The notes under the pieces are model-generated. The model ran no database searches. It worked only from the letters and a program-made list of their open reading frames with translations, and was not told the origin of the DNA. Source: Mustelus asterias (taxonomy: Eukaryota). Taken from it: a stretch of 64,000 nt of DNA. The position numbers and the translations under genes are program-made. Positions 61,885 through 64,000 of the stretch are shown piece by piece. Within the stretch, counting starts at the first letter, position 1. Every line of letters starts with the position of its first letter. The stretch is taken from assembly GCF_964213995.1 (NCBI RefSeq), contig NC_135816.1:46748001-46812000 (forward strand), written 5' to 3'.

Positions 61885-62143
61885 GAGATGAGCAGAAATT
61901 ACTTCACTCAAAGGGTTGTGAATCTTTTGAACTCTCTACCTCGGCAAGTTGTGGGTATTCTAATGTTGAATATATTAAAGGCTGGGACAGAAGAGTTTTT
62001 GGTCTCTTAGGGAATTAAAGGATATGCGGAGTGGGCAGGCAAATGGAGTTGATGCCCAAGATCAGCCCTGATCGTACTAAATAGTGGAGCAGTCTCGACC
62101 GACCATCTGGTTTACTCCTGGTCTTATTTCTTGTGTTCTTAAC
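61885..62143 (+). mobile_element. CR1 3' fragment
   Basis: TTCACTCAAAGGGTTGTGAATC... through the TTCTTGTGTTCTT tail. Confidence 0.65.
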
Positions 62144-62567
62144 TTCATCTGCTTTCTGTGTTTTCTAGGTTGTTTTGTAATTCTTGATTAGCAGATAATA
62201 ACTGGACACTTAGAGTATTCAAATGCAGTTCATCTGGTGGCAGTGTACCATTTGTAGCCCACAAATCCCAATCCAACCAATTATCCTTTAACTTGGAATG
62301 AATTGGAGATGTCTCTTGTTGCTGTGCCAATTGCCATTTGCTGTTTGCACATTGAGCAACGTAGGAAATCTTTTTTTGCCTTTTCTGACAACAGTATTTC
62401 CCCACATTTTTATTTAGCAATCTAACATTTACTTTCTCATGAGATCCTCGTACTTGAAGTACATAGAATCATAGAATGGTTAGAACACAGATTTCAGCTT
62501 ATTGTGCCTATGTCAGCTCTCTGCAAGAGCAATTCTGCTGGACCACTCCCCTGCCTTTTCCCTATAG

Positions 62568-62737
62568 TAACAGTTTTAACAACACCAGGTTAAAGTCCAA
62601 CAGGTTTATTTGGTAGCAAATACCATTAGCTTTCGGAGCGCTACTCCTTCGTCAGATGGAGTGGAAATCTGCTCAACCTGGTGTTGTTAAAACTGTTACT
62701 GTGTTCACCCCAGTCCAACGCCGGCATCTCCACATCA
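62568..62737 (+). mobile_element. Penelope-derived fold-back element
   Basis: Same family; 12-bp TSD TTTTCCCTATAG (62556-62567, 62738-62749). Confidence 0.88.
62623..62659 (-). ncRNA. Minimal type I hammerhead ribozyme motif
   Basis: CCAU-CUGACGA-A-GGAG(UAGCG)CUCC-GAA-AGCU-A^AUGG on the - strand. Confidence 0.75.
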
Positions 62738-64000
62738 TTTTCCCTATAGCCCAGTAAAGTAGAACTATAGTACTCGCACTAAACATTGCTGCTTAAGGTA
62801 AGACTGCTTGCGTTTATTGTTAAATGATTATTTAGTTTATCTTGTTATTTTTCATCTTGGCTACTTTAACTTCAGATTTTTGCCTAATGAAATGATAGCT
62901 TTTTTTCTGTTGTTTTATAAACAACAGAGATATGCTTTTACCTGACTGAATAATGCGGTGGCTGCTTAGAGCTGTCAGATGACTGAATTTAAATAATCTA
63001 GTGTAATAGTCAGTAATAGCACAGTATCTTTGTCTTCTGCAACCTTCTGCCAAGGTTTCTGCGTGATGTTGTGACTTGCTTCTGTGGAAAAACTTTTCCC
63101 TTTGATATCCGGTGCTGGCATATCATGATACCTCGATGATCAGGCAGAGATGCCGAGGATGGTTGAGATGGAGTTGTAGAAACATTGGCCATGGACTTTT
63201 GGTCCTCCTTGCGTGCAGGGGTGATTCCAAGGAACTAAAGAGTTGCAAGTGTTTGCCCTTGCTTGGAAGGTGGGAGAAATGAATTGAGAGATAAGCAGGT
63301 GATACCTTTTAGTTACACCTTTAGATAGGTCATAATTTCTTGGACGATAAAAAGCCCAAAATATACCGAAAAGCAATTGGCACCAATATGACTGAAAGAA
63401 GATGTATATACTGACGGTGAGATATTTATTTCCTTTGGGTATAGGGGATGATGTTCCCTCCCCGAGAGGTCTGATTTATGACAGCTCAGGCAGACTTCTC
63501 GCATGCCCTTCCGCGGGTTCAGTGGTGGGCAGAGGGGAAAGATATTGGCGGACAGGAGGTTCAAAAATTAGTTTCACACTGGTATGAATTTCCTGTGGGA
63601 TCTGCAGGTGGACCTTCCAGCTTCAGTGTCATCGAGGGAATCCATCTTCCAGCTTCAGATTGTTCCTGGAAATCAGTCTTCATTTTCAGGCGGTCCATCT
63701 TCTTTCTTCAATAGTGGGTCAGTGGTGTTGGGCGCCTTTGCAATATGGCATTCGGATACAATGGCTGCTCCACCATGGGATACACCACAAAACCCCTGGT
63801 TGCAAATTAATGAGGTCAGGGCCAGAAGATATGGTGTATTTTCCCTGTGGCCTTCACAGTGGGAAACACTCCACGTTCCCGACCCTGCCACAGAACTTAG
63901 TCCCCAGATGGGAGAACACTGCCCTTCATATTGTGCATTTTATTGCGTTTTTAGTCATACAATAATTCTGATCTCTGAAATAAAAATCGTTTTTGAAATA

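Noticed and set aside
63060-63940. Cluster of short ORFs with coding-like composition
   Set aside because: No motif I can identify and no consistent frame; probably a decayed repeat, left uncalled.

Overview
Vertebrate genomic DNA, almost certainly from a shark or other elasmobranch (HE1-type tRNA SINEs, dense CR1 LINEs, Penelope relics). It carries the conserved block tspan17 (first coding exon, - strand, CpG-island promoter) <- eif4e1b (all 7 coding exons, - strand, 214 aa) <-> sncb (beta-synuclein, 3 coding exons, + strand; the last two exons were not found, so 32-64 kb is probably one large intron). The rest is transposon-rich: a nearly intact 4.7-kb Ty3/Gypsy LTR element with TSD, nested CR1 LINEs, PIF/Harbinger-type MITEs, SINEs and many Penelope-derived fold-back elements. 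Highlights: (1) the beta-synuclein keeps the 11-residue NAC segment that mammalian beta-synuclein lacks; (2) the Gypsy element has no tRNA primer-binding site but has a 13-nt sequence complementary to its own LTR (self-priming and/or poly(A)-signal occlusion) and a YLDN RT motif; (3) the Penelope-derived hairpins carry minimal hammerhead ribozyme cores with covarying stems; (4) the eIF4E1B lacks the Ser209-equivalent phosphosite. Everything was read by eye. Comparisons to human proteins are from memory, and repeat boundaries without TSDs are approximate.
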